A stretch of 63,847 nucleotides of DNA, filler included, from Octopus bimaculoides (lineage: Eukaryota), in the NCBI RefSeq assembly GCF_001194135.2. It is 5 parts of 5 records of this genome, joined end to end, with 100 filler letters (N's around TTAATTAATTAA, not from the genome) between each part and the next. Parts side by side here need not be neighbours in the genome. Positions count along the whole stretch, not along the records: positions 1 to 16,718 come from NC_068996.1; 4 more parts are not named here. The stretch is one strand, 5' to 3'. This document shows, piece by piece, positions 1 to 14,589 of this stretch (position 1 is the first letter of the stretch; every line of letters starts with the position of its first letter). Position numbers and translations under genes: made by a program. The notes beneath the pieces are model-generated. The model saw only the letters and a program-made list of their open reading frames with translations, was not told the DNA's origin and did no database searches.

Positions 1-605
1 TTTTAAGTTAAAAAGGAAAATGGTCAAAATCGGTCCGGATAGTTATTATTGTAAGGCTTATAAGCATTCCAAACAGCCATAACAAAATCACTTTAAAATT
101 GTTTTTATAAAAACTATAAGGGTCTTTTTAAAAAAAATTCATTCAATAAATAATGTTTTTACATTACGTATACATTAATAGAATAAACTGTCAGTTTTCC
201 AAATAGCAAATTAAAGCTTAAAAGAGAAAGTGAGAGACTTTGCAAAGGAAAATGGAATACTCCGCAGTGAATGTAATGAATATTTAAATTTGTGAAGAAT
301 TGGACACAGTGAATGCAATGAATATTTAAATTTGCGAGAAACTGGAGTTAAAACATTCTATTAACTTGAGAAATCGAAATTATAGGAAATGTCTTAGAAC
401 ATGAATTTATAAAAATATTTCCAGACGGCCAACCTTTAAATAATTGCTTTATTTTAATACTTTTAGTAACTGTTATATACCTAATTAATAAGCAGCTTTC
501 TCTATTATAAATATAGATGTATGTGCACAGAGCATAACGGAGCTTCTGTTGTCTTTAGATCCGCTGGAACTAACTGCCAAATTTCCCATAAATCACACCA
601 TAGAT

Positions 606-841
606 CAGCGTTTCTCAACCATTTATTACCTACGGTCCCCTTTGATTCCTAGCCATCCCATGTTTTAAAAAAAATCCTATCATATTTTTATAATTAAATA
701 TTATTAGGAAATGTAGAAAGATAATTATCAAAATATCTTGTGTATTGTACAAGTATAACCAATTTATTGCACATTAATTTTAACAACAAAATCTTATATG
801 GACCTCTAAGAAGGGTCATATGGAACCAGTTGAGAGCACTA
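606..841. mobile_element. hAT (Charlie-like) MITE
   Basis: Left end CAGCGTTTCTCAAC and right end GTTGAGAGCACTA form imperfect TIRs. Flanked by an 8-bp near-duplication, CCATAGAT (598-605) / CCCTAGAT (842-849). No ORF. Confidence 0.75.
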
Positions 842-3611
842 CCCTAGATTCTTCGTAAGGAAGGACACGTTATATAATATGTAAGCAACGAGTGGTTTGC
901 TCAGTGAGAATTCAGCTGGAGAAAGACGCCGTCTAAATCAACAACCAAATGCACACACACACACACCCACCCACACACACACACGCATACATGCACATGC
1001 ATGCACACGCACATACACATACACACACACGCATGCACGGACACGCGTGTCTATTGTTTTTTACAGCTTTCAGTTATTGCGACACTACTTTCGAAGATTA
1101 AGCTTACTCCTTTCCTATTGCTCAACATTTTAGTGAGGGATTAAGTTACGTTTTTTTTAGACTAGCCTGCAAATATTTATACAAAGGTAGACACAGATTC
1201 ATAAAACAAAAGCATCGGGCTTTTGGACAGTTCCTGTCAGTCAGCTTGCAAGCAGCTGATGATGGCGAACTCGAAACCTGAGTAAAGGATACTTCATGAG
1301 TGACGTGCATCGAGATCGAAATTGATCCACCAGTATGCGAACCGAAAGTTTTAACCGCGAGACATGCTTATATAGATCTTAATAGAATGCGTGTCTGTAT
1401 ATCATACAAATGTATATAAGATTACGTAGATTTTTAACATACTTTTTGTGTCAATTTGCGTATAACATGATAAGGTGGGGTGCAGGTGCGTGTGTATGCG
1501 TTAAATATATTTACACTCATATCTAAATAATAAAATTCCGTGCATATGTAAAAATAAACATTCATGTTTACAAACAGTCACACAGACAAGCCCCGACATA
1601 CACAAACGATATCCTGCACACCGTAACTATGAATAAGTATAATTTATATATGCATGGATATTTACAGGAATAGATATGAATGCGAGGACATACATATGTA
1701 CACACATAAACATGCGTATATATATATATGTATATATANNNNNNNNNNNNNNNNNNNNNNNNNNNNNNNNNNNNNNNNNNNNNNNNNNNNNNNNNNNNNN
1801 NNNNNNNNNNNNNNNNNNNNNNNNNNNNNNNNNNNNNNNNNNNNNNNNNNNNNNNNNNNNNNNNNNNNNNNNNNNNNNNNNNNNNNNNNNNNNNNNNNNN
1901 NNNNNNNNNNNNNNNNNNNNNNNNNNNNNNNNNNNNNNNNNNNNNNNNNNNNNNNNNNNNNNNNNNNNNNNNNNNNNNNNNNNNNNNNNNNNNNNNNNNN
2001 NNNNNNNNNNNNNNNNNNNNNNNNNNNNNNNNNNNNNNNNNNNNNNNNNNNNNNNNNNNNNNNNNNNNNNNNNNNNNNNNNNNNNNNNNNNNNNNNNNNN
2101 NNNNNNNNNNNNNNNNNNNNNNNNNNNNNNNNNNNNNNNNNNNNNNNNNNNNNNNNNNNNNNNNNNNNNNNNNNNNNNNNNNNNNNNNNNNNNNNNNNNN
2201 NNNNNNNNNNNNNNNNNNTATATATATATATATGTACGCATACAATTGTGCTGTCTGTGTCTATGTGTGTTTGTTTTTATGATATATATATGCATCGATG
2301 TATGTGAACATAATATAAAATGTATATGTATATGTAAAATGCATTCATGAAACATACATTCAGACGCACTACACACGCACACATGCACATACACATGCGC
2401 ACAAAATGCTACATACAAAAACACGTACACACAGACCCATACACAAAAACACATAAATACACACATATATGCAAAATCTATTCACATATATTTATCGTTA
2501 ACTTTCCTGATCAACGGTTTTCTATTTTCTTTTTTTTTTTGTTTGTTATAAAATCTCTTTTTCTGCCATTTTTCATTATTTAATTCGCTGTTTTGCTGCT
2601 TTTTTTTTTTATACCTTTCGTCTTATTTATTTATGTGTTCGTTGTCGTATTTATCTATTTAATCATATACATTTTTCTTTTCACCATCTCCAACCTTTTT
2701 TCTTGTCGTTTTTATTTTAAATTTGTAATATATTTTTTTCAGTTTTATTATTTTTTAAATTGAAGTTCTAAATACTGCTTACGGGTTTCGAAAGAACTTT
2801 TGATCTTTTGGATTCCTGAAATTCTTTGATTTCTATAACTTCGCTTAATTTTTTATTTATTACTTTTTCCCGGCACTTGATTTATATATATATATATATA
2901 NNNNNNNNNNNNNNNNNNNNNNNNNNNNNNNNNNNNNNNNNNNNNNNNNNNNNNNNNNNNNNNNNNNNNNNNNNNNNNNNNNNNNNNNNNNNNNNNNNNN
3001 NNNNNNNNNNNNNNNNNNNNNNNNNNNNNNNNNNNNNNNNNNNNNNNNNNNNNNNNNNNNNNNNNNNNNNNNNNNNNNNNNNNNNNNNNNNNNNNNNNNN
3101 NNNNNNNNNNNNNNNNNNNNNNNNNNNNNNNNNNNNNNNNNNNNNNNNNNNNNNNNNNNNNNNNNNNNNNNNNNNNNNNNNNNNNNNNNNNNNNNNNNNN
3201 NNNNNNNNNNNNNNNNNNNNNNNNNNNNNNNNNNNNNNNNNNNNNNNNNNNNNNNNNNNNNNNNNNNNNNNNNNNNNNNNNNNNNNNNNNNNNNNNNNNN
3301 NNNNNNNNNNNNNNNNNNNNNNNNNNNNNNNNNNNNNNNNNNNNNNNNNNNNNNNNNNNNNNNNNNNNNNNNNNNNNNNNNNNNNNNNNNNNNNNNNNNN
3401 NNNNNNNNNNNNNNNNNNNNNNNNNNNNNNNNNNNNNNNNNNNNNNNNNNNNNNNNNNNNNNNNNNNNNNNNNNNNNNNNNNNNNNNNNNNNNNNNNNNN
3501 NNNNNNNNNNNNNNNNNNNNNNNNNNNNNNNNNNNNNNNNNNNNNNNNNNNNNNNNNNNNNNNNNNNNNNNNNNNNNNNNNNNATATATATATATATACA
3601 AACAACATATA

Positions 3612-3650
<39 letters not shown>

Positions 3651-3944
3651 ATGTATGTATGCATATGAATGTATGTGCGTATAATTTTATGTATGAATGT
3701 GTGCATGTATATAGTTGACTTTGTTTACATTTTGTTACTCCTTTTCCCCCCTTTAGTTGTTCACCATCAAATGTTACTTGGATATTTACAAGGCTATGTA
3801 GTAACTCGCAGAATTCTAAAATAACATAGAAATAGCAATGATGTAAAACCTTTCAACTTTGTTTCAAGTTTTACCCCTACACACTTACTGAATGAAATAA
3901 CATATATGCGTATATGTGTGTGTATGCATATGTATACGCATTCA

Positions 3945-4410
<466 letters not shown>

Positions 4411-5430
4411 TAATTTCTGTTGTTGATATAGAATATTTATTTTTGCCAATTGTTTGCTAGGATATTCGTGTTGATAGGAAACAAATATAAATATAAATAT
4501 TTGCGTATGAACTGTGTTCATTTACACACACTTAAATACATATATACATACTTTTATTCTTGTGTGTGTATGCTGTATTTAAATTGAAAAAGTGTTTGTA
4601 TATTTTAATTCATGAAGATAAAAGCATTTATCCGGATGCAAATGTTTATCGTACGTCATATGTGTTTGTGCGTTTGTATGCGTGTATAAATCCTATACAC
4701 ACATACATACATGCATAAATACATATGTATGTATATATGTATGTATATATATATATATGTGTGTATGTGCGTGTGTGTTTGTGTATATATATATATATAT
4801 ATTCATATACGTACATACATTTCTGCCTACAAATGCATGTATATATGTACATATATGTGGATGTGTGTGTGTGTGTCTGTGTGTGTGTGAGTGTGTGTAT
4901 CTGTGCGCATGCGTGCTTGCATGTGTGTGTGTGTACATATAATCGGAAAAAAGTTCCAAATGTAGTTTCCGAAATTGACAATAACCTACCCTGTATAATT
5001 TTGGTAAGGCTTAACGTACCATATCTAAAACGGGAGGTGTGGGAAATATTAGATTAAATTTTGATACCTAGTGTGTTGATNNNNNNNNNNNNNNNNNNNN
5101 NNNNNNNNNNNNNNNNNNNNNNNNNNNNNNNNNNNNNNNNNNNNNNNNNNNNNNNNNNNNNNNNNNNNNNNNNNNNNNNNNNNNNNNNNNNNNNNNNNNN
5201 NNNNNNNNNNNNNNNNNNNNNNNNNNNNNNNNNNNNNNNNNNNNNNNNNNNNNNNNNNNNNNNNNNNNNNNNNNNNNNNNNNNNNNNNNNNNNNNNNNNN
5301 NNNNNNNNNNNNNNNNNNNNNNNNNNNNNNNNNNNNNNNNNNNNNNNNNNNNNNNNNNNNNNNNNNNNNNNNNNNNNNNNNNNNNNNNNNNNNNNNNNNN
5401 NNNNNNNNNNNNNNNNNNNNNNNNNNNNNN

Positions 5431-6800
5431 NTATAATATTTGTGACCGTTAGTGGGGGGCTGCCTGTATGTATGTCCGCTGAAAAGGGAGCCGGTTTCCA
5501 ACAAAGATACAACATTCCATCTTTGGGATGTAGTTAACACAGACATATTCACATTTCGAACTTGAGAAAAGTCTTGTATATTTTTACTGTTCCACTCACA
5601 GCTTGCACGTGTACGAATTAGCCGGTCGATTCATATTTCTGAAGATTCTCCTTTAAACATTTACTAACAAAATCTAGTGCTCCAATTATTATTGGTATGA
5701 ATATGAATTCGTAGTCTGGATATAGAAGATGGAGGTTTCAAAGCGGCAGTCCATAGATATCCTCTTTTTCTTTGATTTTCAAAGAGATATTTATATCTGC
5801 AGGGCAGCTGTCCTCTATGACGGTACATACCTTCCTTTGCCCCTCTGTCCCAAAACAATATCCGGCCTGGTATGTTTACATTTGACAAACGTTTTGATGG
5901 GAATATTCCACCAGTATTCCTTGAGTTGGTGTTTATGAATGTATTCCATAATAGAGGGATTTTCTACGTTTATTTCAGGACAGTCTTTTTTGCAGATGGC
6001 TTTGTAAATTGTTTTAGCAACAACATCGTGCCGCATGGGAAGGTAGCACCGTAACGACATTTTCGGACCGCTGCTAATCCCATGCGTGATGTCTTCCATA
6101 AAGACATGACATAGTCTATACATGTTGTTGCTCCTTGGGATTACAAGAGCGTCACTGTCTCTCTTGTTCACCAAGCACTTTGTGGCAATCTCCTTTTCCT
6201 GGATTGTAAACGTATAGCCTTCAAAGTGTGGTGTGATATGGTGGTTTTGTGTCCAAGAGAAGCTGAACTTCGTGTCAATTCTACTGTCTTCTTCAAGCTT
6301 CCGGGCAACATATCTATATCCAGAGTCTTTTTTTTTGTATGCTGAGTGCTTTCCATCCAGGTCTTCTCTGAGATAAGAAAGCCCAGCTGTTTTGAGGCTG
6401 TATAGGAGATCATCAGGAAGCGAGTGCTTCTTGAAGAGCTCACTGTTAATTCATACAATGTTGCTCACTTCACTTTTCAGCACTGCATTTATACATTTTT
6501 TTTTGCTGCTGTTGTACAGCAGGTGCTGCCTGAGTGATACCATACGGTATTCGAAGGCCGACTGCACTGATTTCAGGCCTCTACCACCTTCATTTCTTCT
6601 TTGGTAGAGCCTGTTTCAGTGGAAGTTCCCATTGCTGTCAGGATTTTGCGGGTTTTGATATCTATGGAGACCAATCAAGTATCCCAAATATTGGGATCAG
6701 CACTGGTACTAAAAATCCATTATGTGATATTGTTTTGTTGTAAGAGGAGAGTTCCGATTGCCATATTTTTCTAAGTCTGATGTAATACTTTCGGGTCACT
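5431..6800 (-). mobile_element. R4/Dong-clade RLE non-LTR retrotransposon, 5'-truncated and frameshifted
   Basis: Minus-strand frames give a post-RT region (KIWQSELSSYNK, IDIKTRKILT, EGGRGLKSVQSAFEYR), a degenerate CCHC knuckle with RHD (YRLCHVFMEDITHGISSGPK...MRHDVVAK), and a PD-type nuclease start (YWWNIPIKT..KCKHTRPDIV). The ORF end and 3'UTR lie toward 5431. Confidence 0.85.
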
Positions 6801-6827
6801 CTATCTTTATTCACAGTGCCTTCATAT

Positions 6828-7545
6828 TACACATTTTCATGTATGTATGTATGTATGTATGTATGTTATCAATCAGTTTCATTTCTGTATTTCTTGTCCA
6901 TAGAGAAAGAGCCGGACTCTAACATAGATTCAAGGCTCCTTCATTGGAACTTTTATCAACATCATCTAGGTATTTGTGCATATGTGTGTGTGTGCAGTAT
7001 TTGGTGTTAGTGTATGCGCAGATTTGTATGTTTGTTTTATGGATGCGTTTTTATGTCTAGATGCATGCATATGTATTTATGTGCTAAATTTTTGGAAAGT
7101 TTTACATATCTTTACAGTTCCATTGATGGCTTGAATCTGTAGTCTTCTAATCAGCCTTTTTCTTTCAGGTTTTGAGAACCCTAAATTNNNNNNNNNNNNN
7201 NNNNNNNNNNNNNNNNNNNNNNNNNNNNNNNNNNNNNNNNNNNNNNNNNNNNNNNNNNNNNNNNNNNNNNNNNNNNNNNNNNNNNNNNNNNNNNNNNNNN
7301 NNNNNNNNNNNNNNNNNNNNNNNNNNNNNNNNNNNNNNNNNNNNNNNNNNNNNNNNNNNNNNNNNNNNNNNNNNNNNNNNNNNNNNNNNNNNNNNNNNNN
7401 NNNNNTATGTCTGCACTTTATTGAGGTTTTTATTGGGATATTCCGCCAATACTCTTTCATATTGTGAGTGGTAATGGCCTCTACCTCATTATGGGTTTTC
7501 ATCTCCTTAGCCCCGGGGTTATCCTGTCGGCGGATTTCATTATAC
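6828..7545 (-). mobile_element. Second R4/Dong-type copy (3' end, spans a gap) with (ACAT)n tail
   Basis: KEYWRNIPIKTSIKCRH and GFSKPERKRLIRRLQIQAINGTVKICKTFQKF are paralogous to the 5431-6800 copy. The 3'UTR ends in (ATGT)n at about 6838-6866. Confidence 0.8.
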
Positions 7546-8139
7546 AGTGTATGTATGTATGTATATGTATGTATATATGTATGTATGTATGCATGTATGT
7601 ATGTATTTTCCTGTATGTATGCACGTGTGTATGTATGTATATATGTATGTATGTATGCATGTAAGTATGTATGTATGCATGTATGTATGCATTTATATAT
7701 ACACGCACTCATACGTACACATATGTGTGTGTGTGTGTGTAGAATTTTCTGAGATTACATACTTTGGATTTTATTTTCCCTCACTCTAGAACTCAGATGA
7801 CTTTATCTAGGTAGACATATATGTATGTGCCTATGTATGCAAGTGTATGTGTCTTTGTGTGTATGTGTGTGTGCGTGTGTGTATTACGTATGTATGTACC
7901 TATGTGTGCACATAATGATGATATTGCATGGGTGGATTTTGATTTGACTTATATACACATCAATACATACATACTATCTGAAAACTAGACTGCTGGCATG
8001 GATTCATATTTTATCAATTAAAACACAACTTGATGTTTTAATTGCGTCCCTACTTCCGTCTGTGTACCACGTATTTTGTTATTTTCTGTTTCTGTATTAT
8101 GAAGCGAAACAAAATTAGGAAAATGTTAAAGTGTCGCTG

Positions 8140-8860
8140 TTGTACCCGTTTCTTCACAGTTATTTTTTTCTCAACTGTGATTAAATCATTGTCCCTGAAG
8201 ACTGTTCCTCATAGGACCAAAATAATACATGGAGGTCCTGGCTGTATTATGGATGGGACGATTGGTCAACTAAATATGCCGATTTCCTGATTGTTGTCAT
8301 AGGTGTGTATGGTTACACATTACCATGGTGCAATGTTGATCGTTTTCAAATTCTCGTTCGGTCTAGTGTTTCAATCTACCACTTGCTATTCACGATTCGA
8401 CTACATTCCAGAAAGTTAAAGTGAATAACTTGCTTGTCATCTCCACAAAACATTCTCTGAGTTCCTATACCGACCATTGGCTTTTGAACTTCTTATGCTT
8501 TGGAGCAATTGGTGCCATCATTCTACGAAATGAGTCTTCGTTTCTGCATCATAAAACTTACATTTCATTACTTTTTATCATATCTGAAAAGAAAGAGTTT
8601 TCATTGGCTTTAAATACCTCCATCTGATCAGAGCAGATTTCCATCCTTTTTCCTTTGAGTCAGGTCTCTACTCTCGATGTAACCGCTTTGCACACACTTT
8701 CCGATATACAATTTGACTATGATCAGTTCAACTATATAACAATCCACGAATTGTGACTTATCTGTCCAAACGAATCAATTAGTACACTCACCGGTGATTC
8801 ATGTCATTGATGTCATCTCCGTAAATAACCTGTGAAAACTCAATGACATTGCTTTTGCTG
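8140..8860 (-). mobile_element. Decayed mariner transposase (DD34D-like)
   Basis: Hand translation of the minus strand, with stops and frameshifts: KVCAKRLHRE (cf. KVCARWVP), RKRMEICSDQ, PKHKKFKSQ, HGN (cf. HDNA), HP*YSQDL (cf. HPPYSPDL). TIRs not located. Confidence 0.75.
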
Positions 8861-9083
8861 AAAGTTCATTATTTGTCTGGAATGAAGAAGAAGAGATGGA
8901 AAAGGTACTCAACCAAACGTGCAATATAAATAATCTATATCAGTTGATACAAACGTCATCTTCACATTGCATTATGTTCAATACAATCCTTGTACATTGA
9001 CTTTCAAAAAACCTAACTAGTCACATATATTTCTTCATTTAAAAAAATCGATATTAATCAAAGGTTAATATTTTCAATTTCAA

Positions 9084-9300
9084 TGAAGGTGGCAAGCTCA
9101 CAGAATCGTTAACTCGCCGGGCGAAATACTTAACGGCATTTCGTTCATCTTTACATCCTGAGTTCAAATTCTGCCGAGGTCGACGTTGCTTTTCATCTTT
9201 TTGGGGTTGATAAAATAAGTACCTGTCGAGTATTGGTGTTGATGTATTCGACTTTCTTCCTCTCGTGAACTTGCTGGCCTTATGCCAAAATATGAAAGCA
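9084..9300 (+). mobile_element. tRNA-derived SINE family A (GGCGAGCTGGCAGAATCGTTAG head)
   Basis: Pol III A/B-box-like head (GAGTTCAAATTC) followed by TTTCATC...GGGGTTGATAAAATAAGTACC. Many paralogues in this window. Confidence 0.85.
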
Positions 9301-10434
9301 ATATTTTCAATTCCAATTAAGCACGCGAGATAACTCCAGACATGCTTCGTCCATATTCACATTTCTTGTAGTATATGTGTGATACACATATACTACAAGA
9401 AATTGAAATATACTAGAGTATAATTATTTTCAGTCTAATATTTTACACAGTGAAATTCTTAATTATTGAAATTCTTAATTATTTTTCTGTTATTTTAACC
9501 ATTTAAACTAGTCGATGTTTGTTTCATGATACTTCTCCTAAAAATGGAAAATATGAATAACTCAAGTAAAGTCAAAATCGCATATTTCTATTGTGATAAT
9601 TCTTATTCTTTTATATAATCATTTCGTTAATCGATAATTAATTATCCTATGAGGTTACTGATTTGGTAAAAACATTGGTAAAAACATTGAAATACCTTAC
9701 AATATTAATCTCAACCCAACATTTTGATCTGAAATACCATCAACGTGAACGTCACCATTGATATCTCAGAGTCAATGCATTAAGCAGCTGTTAAACAGTT
9801 TGGTTCAATGTCGTATATTTCTTTCTTTCAAATTGTTTAATTAAAATAAATCGTTTTTTTTCTTTAGGTCTATAAGCGAATTGGCAAAATCTCTTGTATT
9901 TCTAACCATATGACTTGGTTCTCCGCAATCTGTTATCAAATTCCATCAAAATCACCTATAACTTTTATCTATCTGTATCAGTAAAATAATTTTCTGCTGT
10001 AAACTAGCGCACATAACACATACTCTTTCTCATAGAAGATGAGGCAGTCAGAAAGAATTTTTTAAAGTTATCTTACATATGATTTAATCAGATCCTAATA
10101 TAGTCATGCAGTAGTGGTACTTGCAGAAGTACTAGTTTTCTTAGAACTACAGGAAAATTATATTTGTTGTTATTTAGCCATAGTTGGTCTTGCGATTTAT
10201 AAGTATTCCAGCCGCGACCATACCACTTTTAGATGTAAGAGACTACGTTGTCCAGTGTATACCATTATATTTAACCAAGTTGGTTGATGTCATTTGGAGG
10301 AGATTGTGGTTGCAGTTTCTAGCAGGGCGGGACTTCCTCGTAATTTCGGCTTTCTTCACTCGGATTTCTTCCAAAAGCCGTACAAAACACAGGTTAAATT
10401 AGAAGTTCTTAATTGCTAGTCAAGTAAACACTGT

Positions 10435-10700
10435 TTATATCTCTACATAATAGGTACGCTTATTTAATTTATTAGAAGTTGGTAAAGGTAGGGTGCGGAA
10501 TGCTCCACTAGTGAAATTGGGTGCAGTAGATATATGTAAGTCAATGTCCGAGCAATAAAGTAGAAGAGGAAGGAATTTCAGATGGTAGTCCAAGGAAGAG
10601 ACTATGCAATATATGTAGAGCGGCTGTGAGAGGAGAAACAAAGTTGGGGTGATGAAAGAAGAATGATAGGTTGATCGCATGGCCTAATGGAAGGGGTATA
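10435..10700 (-). mobile_element. Old CR1/L2-type LINE 3' fragment
   Basis: RSTYHSSFITPT resembles the RT..F..SF.PRT..WN.LP terminal motif of CR1/L2/Jockey ORF2. Heavily decayed. Confidence 0.4.
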
Positions 10701-11993
10701 CCTTCAGGATATTTCATAGAATTAGAAGGTATAGTTATAGCGATAGATTAAGCGGACAGAAGAATGAGCATACTTATGAATCAGAGGCTAAAATGAATCG
10801 AACATTAACCCTATGCTAATGAGTGTCATAGCATTGTTTTTAATGTAAAATTAGATGGTAGTAACCATAGCTGCAACACAATCTCATAGCTAAGCTAGAT
10901 GAACTAAATGAGGAATATTTCAGCGACTCCTTGGCTAGCTAGATGTACAGGAGTAGCACGTATTTTAAACTATTTCATCTACTAGCCTTGCTGATTAGAG
11001 TATGTACTGTTTATAATATTGATTGAAATGTATAACAAAATTAATCGATTTCCTAGTCACAGACAGGCGTATGTCGCAAAATACAATAACAACGATATAT
11101 ATCAATGGATGAGTAGATAGTTAAATTTACTAATAATTCCAAATGTACTCAAAACCGAAACCTACAGCTGTTTTCCTTAACTAAACGGCAGGAATATATA
11201 CTCGCTGTATCATTTTCACATATCTAACGATGTTAATATTGGAAGGTCAAAATATGAATATATATTTACTGGAGAAAAATATACTGCAAAATGTTTTACT
11301 AAAATAGCTGCATCTGGTTATGTCAAACACATAACTAAGCTCTTATTTTCAAGGGGATTTTAATGATGAAGATTTTCTTGTTGATGTTGCTGCTGATGGT
11401 AATTGTTTTAATGAGGATTACTTTAATGGTAATAGTGTTACTTAAATTATAATGGTATTACTAACTGCGGTCCAAGAAATTCTAACGACAGACCGAGCAC
11501 GGCAAATTTTTTCTTTGCGGGCACAAAAATAAAGCTATCGACATACTTCATTGAATTTATATAAAGAACAATTTGCTTCTGCCTCTGGTATTAAATACTC
11601 TTACTCTGGCTACTACTAAGCTATATATCAATACATAAATACATTCACACACACACACACACACTTTTACATGATTTTGTTCATTATTTTTCTTGATTTT
11701 TTTTTCATTCTAGAATGAGAGAACTGGTTTCTAACAAGAAGCAGAATCTCCATCACTGAGGTTTGGATGAACACAACGATAGTTGCTACCTATCGAACGT
11801 CAAGAAAATTTTACATATCTTTATTATTCTGTTTACAGATCGTATCTGTAAAGTTCGTGTTAGGCCGGTCCATGTATGTATGTATGTATGTATACATACA
11901 TGCATGTATGCATGTATGTATGTGTGTATCTGTGTGTGTATGTATGTATATGTCTCACACATAAACATATAAACATACACGCACACATACATG

Positions 11994-12025
<32 letters not shown>

Positions 12026-12031
12026 TGTATG

Positions 12032-12071
<40 letters not shown>

Positions 12072-12454
12072 NNNNNNNNNNNNNNNNNNNNNNNNNNNNN
12101 NNNNNNNNNNNNNNNNNNNNNNNNNNNNNNNNNNNNNNNNNNNNNNNNNNNNNNNNNNNNNNNNNNNNNNNNNNNNNNNNNNNNNNNNNNNNNNNNNNNN
12201 NNNNNNNNNNNNNNNNNNNNNNNNNNNNNNNNNNNNNNNNNNNNNNNNNNNNNNNNNNNNNNNNNNNNNNNNNNNNNNNNNNNNNNNNNNNNNNNNNNNN
12301 NNNNNNNNNNNNNNNNNNNNNNNNNNNNNNNNNNNNNNNNNNNNNNNNNNNNNNNNNNNNNNNNNNNNNNNNNNNNNNNNNNNNNNNNNNNNNNNNNNNN
12401 NNNNNNNNNNNNNNNNNNNNNNNNNNNNNNNNNNNNNNNNNNNNNNNNNNNNNN

Positions 12455-12507
<53 letters not shown>

Positions 12508-13909
12508 GCAAGAACGTTGTTCTAGCTACGTGAAGGAAAAATATACGGATAAATTATATTGTGTCTGCAAGAATTATTTTTTAGAATAATTATGGCATTT
12601 AGATTATTATTGCTAAAAATCTGTGTAACAATTAAGTCCAAGTTTTATCATTTTAAATATCGGCTGTTCACTTTATGACCCGTTGTTTAGATTTATAGTT
12701 ATTCCGTAATATTTAAATGCGTTCAGTATATTATGATTAACTACTTTAAACTAAAAGTTCATCTTTTTATTTAATGTTATTATTTGGTAGTGAAGTTTGT
12801 AGTCACGTGTGTGCACAAACGACATTCATGCTCTTTATCAACGTTTGATTTTACTGGGCTTAAAATATCGCATTCGTGTTTGAATTTGATATCCTTAGAT
12901 TTGCATAGGTATTCTGACAGTGCTGTCAAAGACTTTAGTTGGGTATGAGTGAAGGAGCAATTCGGCGAAGAATTACAGATAATTTTGGAAGAAAATCTTT
13001 TAATCGTATATTGTCTCAGTTTGTTACGGGTATTGACTTTATATTGACGTGCGACGTTTTTTTTTTTCTGAGAGAGTAATTAACAAATATATATTAATTG
13101 ACAATTCTACATTCACATCAATTTCTAATGTCTTTTATATTAATTTAAGTATTGGTTTAAGGTATGTTTATACTACATATAGTAAACCATATACCAGATT
13201 TTGATATAAATCGTACTCGTCGGCTAATTTGTCGATCTGAATCAGATATAGGTAGATTAAGTAAAAATCACACTAAACATAATTATACCTAAAGTGAAAA
13301 AGCCGATGAAATTCACCCATATAGCAAAGTATGAATGAATTATTAGATTGGCTTATTTACTTGAACGTTAACCTCAATACATCTGTCTCTCAGTGCTATA
13401 TAGACATCCACTACTCTTCTAAATCACTTGTACTCCTAAACAACACCATTATTTTCACAGCAAAAATTACAATATAATATTACAACTTCTTGAAAATCCT
13501 AAATATGCTAAGAATGATTTTTTGTTTGGAAATTTAAGTGGTAACATACCTGGAATCACAATGGAATCATCTGTCGCAACGCAGGCCATTCGCTTGGTTG
13601 AATCATTATTTTTTACATCAACTAAACGATAAATTCAACGCCTTGGAATATGCTCTGTACAGAGGTTAGTCTCTTTTAAGTGTTTTAAATTATAGCCAAT
13701 CAGCGCTAAAAAGAACACTTACAAGTTTGCGCTACTTCTTTAAATCCTATGTCGTTTTCCTATCTTTCGAAAGTAGTTTAAGAAGTTAATTTCCTGGATG
13801 TTATATGGATCTCGTATAGCATTCCTCTCATAAAGAAAACGAAAATTTACATTGCATCTCTCCAACCACGGTAAATTTATAATTAACGTGTTAAAAAGTT
13901 GCATATATA

Positions 13910-14076
13910 CGCAGGCATGGCTGTGTGGTAAGAAGCTTGCCTCCCAACCACATGTTTCCGGGTTCAGTCCCACTGCGTTGTACTCTGGGCAAGTGTCTTT
14001 TACAATAGCCTAGGGCCGACCAAAGCCATGTGAATGGATTTGGCAAACGGAAACTGAAAGAAGCTCGTCGTATATA

Positions 14077-14112
<36 letters not shown>

Positions 14113-14520
14113 TGTATGTGTATATGTTTGTGTGTCTGTGTTTGTCCTCTCACAATCACTTGACAACATTGGTATGTTGGTGTGTTTATGTACCCGTAGT
14201 TTAGTGGTTCAGCAAAAGAGACCGATAGAATAAGTACTAGGCTTACAAAGAATAATCCTGTGGTCGATTTTTTCGGCTAAAAGGTAGTGCTCCAGCATGG
14301 TCGCAGTCAAATGACTGAAACAGATAAAAGAGTAAAAGAATAAAAGAACATATATAGGTGCAGGTGTGGCTGTGTGGTAAGAAATTTGCTTCCCAACCAC
14401 ATGGCTCCTGGTTCAGTCCCACTGCGTGGCACCTTGGTCAGGTGTCTTCTAGTATAGGCTCTGGCCAACCAAAGCCTTGTGAGTGGATTTACTAGACGAA
14501 AACTGAAAGAAGTCTATCGT
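13910..14520 (+). mobile_element. SINE family B, full copy (13910-14340) plus adjacent 5' copy (14355-14520)
   Basis: Head GCAGGCATGGCTGTGTGGTAAGAAGC..GGTTCAGTCCCACTGCG, CORE-like GGGCAAGTGTCTT, internal microsatellite, tail GCTCCAGCATGG..CAGTCAAATGACTGAAAC(AGTAAAAG)n. Confidence 0.9.
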
Positions 14521-14589
14521 GTAAATATATAGAATTAAATTACATGTACAACGGAATTACAATGTATAACGGAATTAGAAAGGCCCGAA

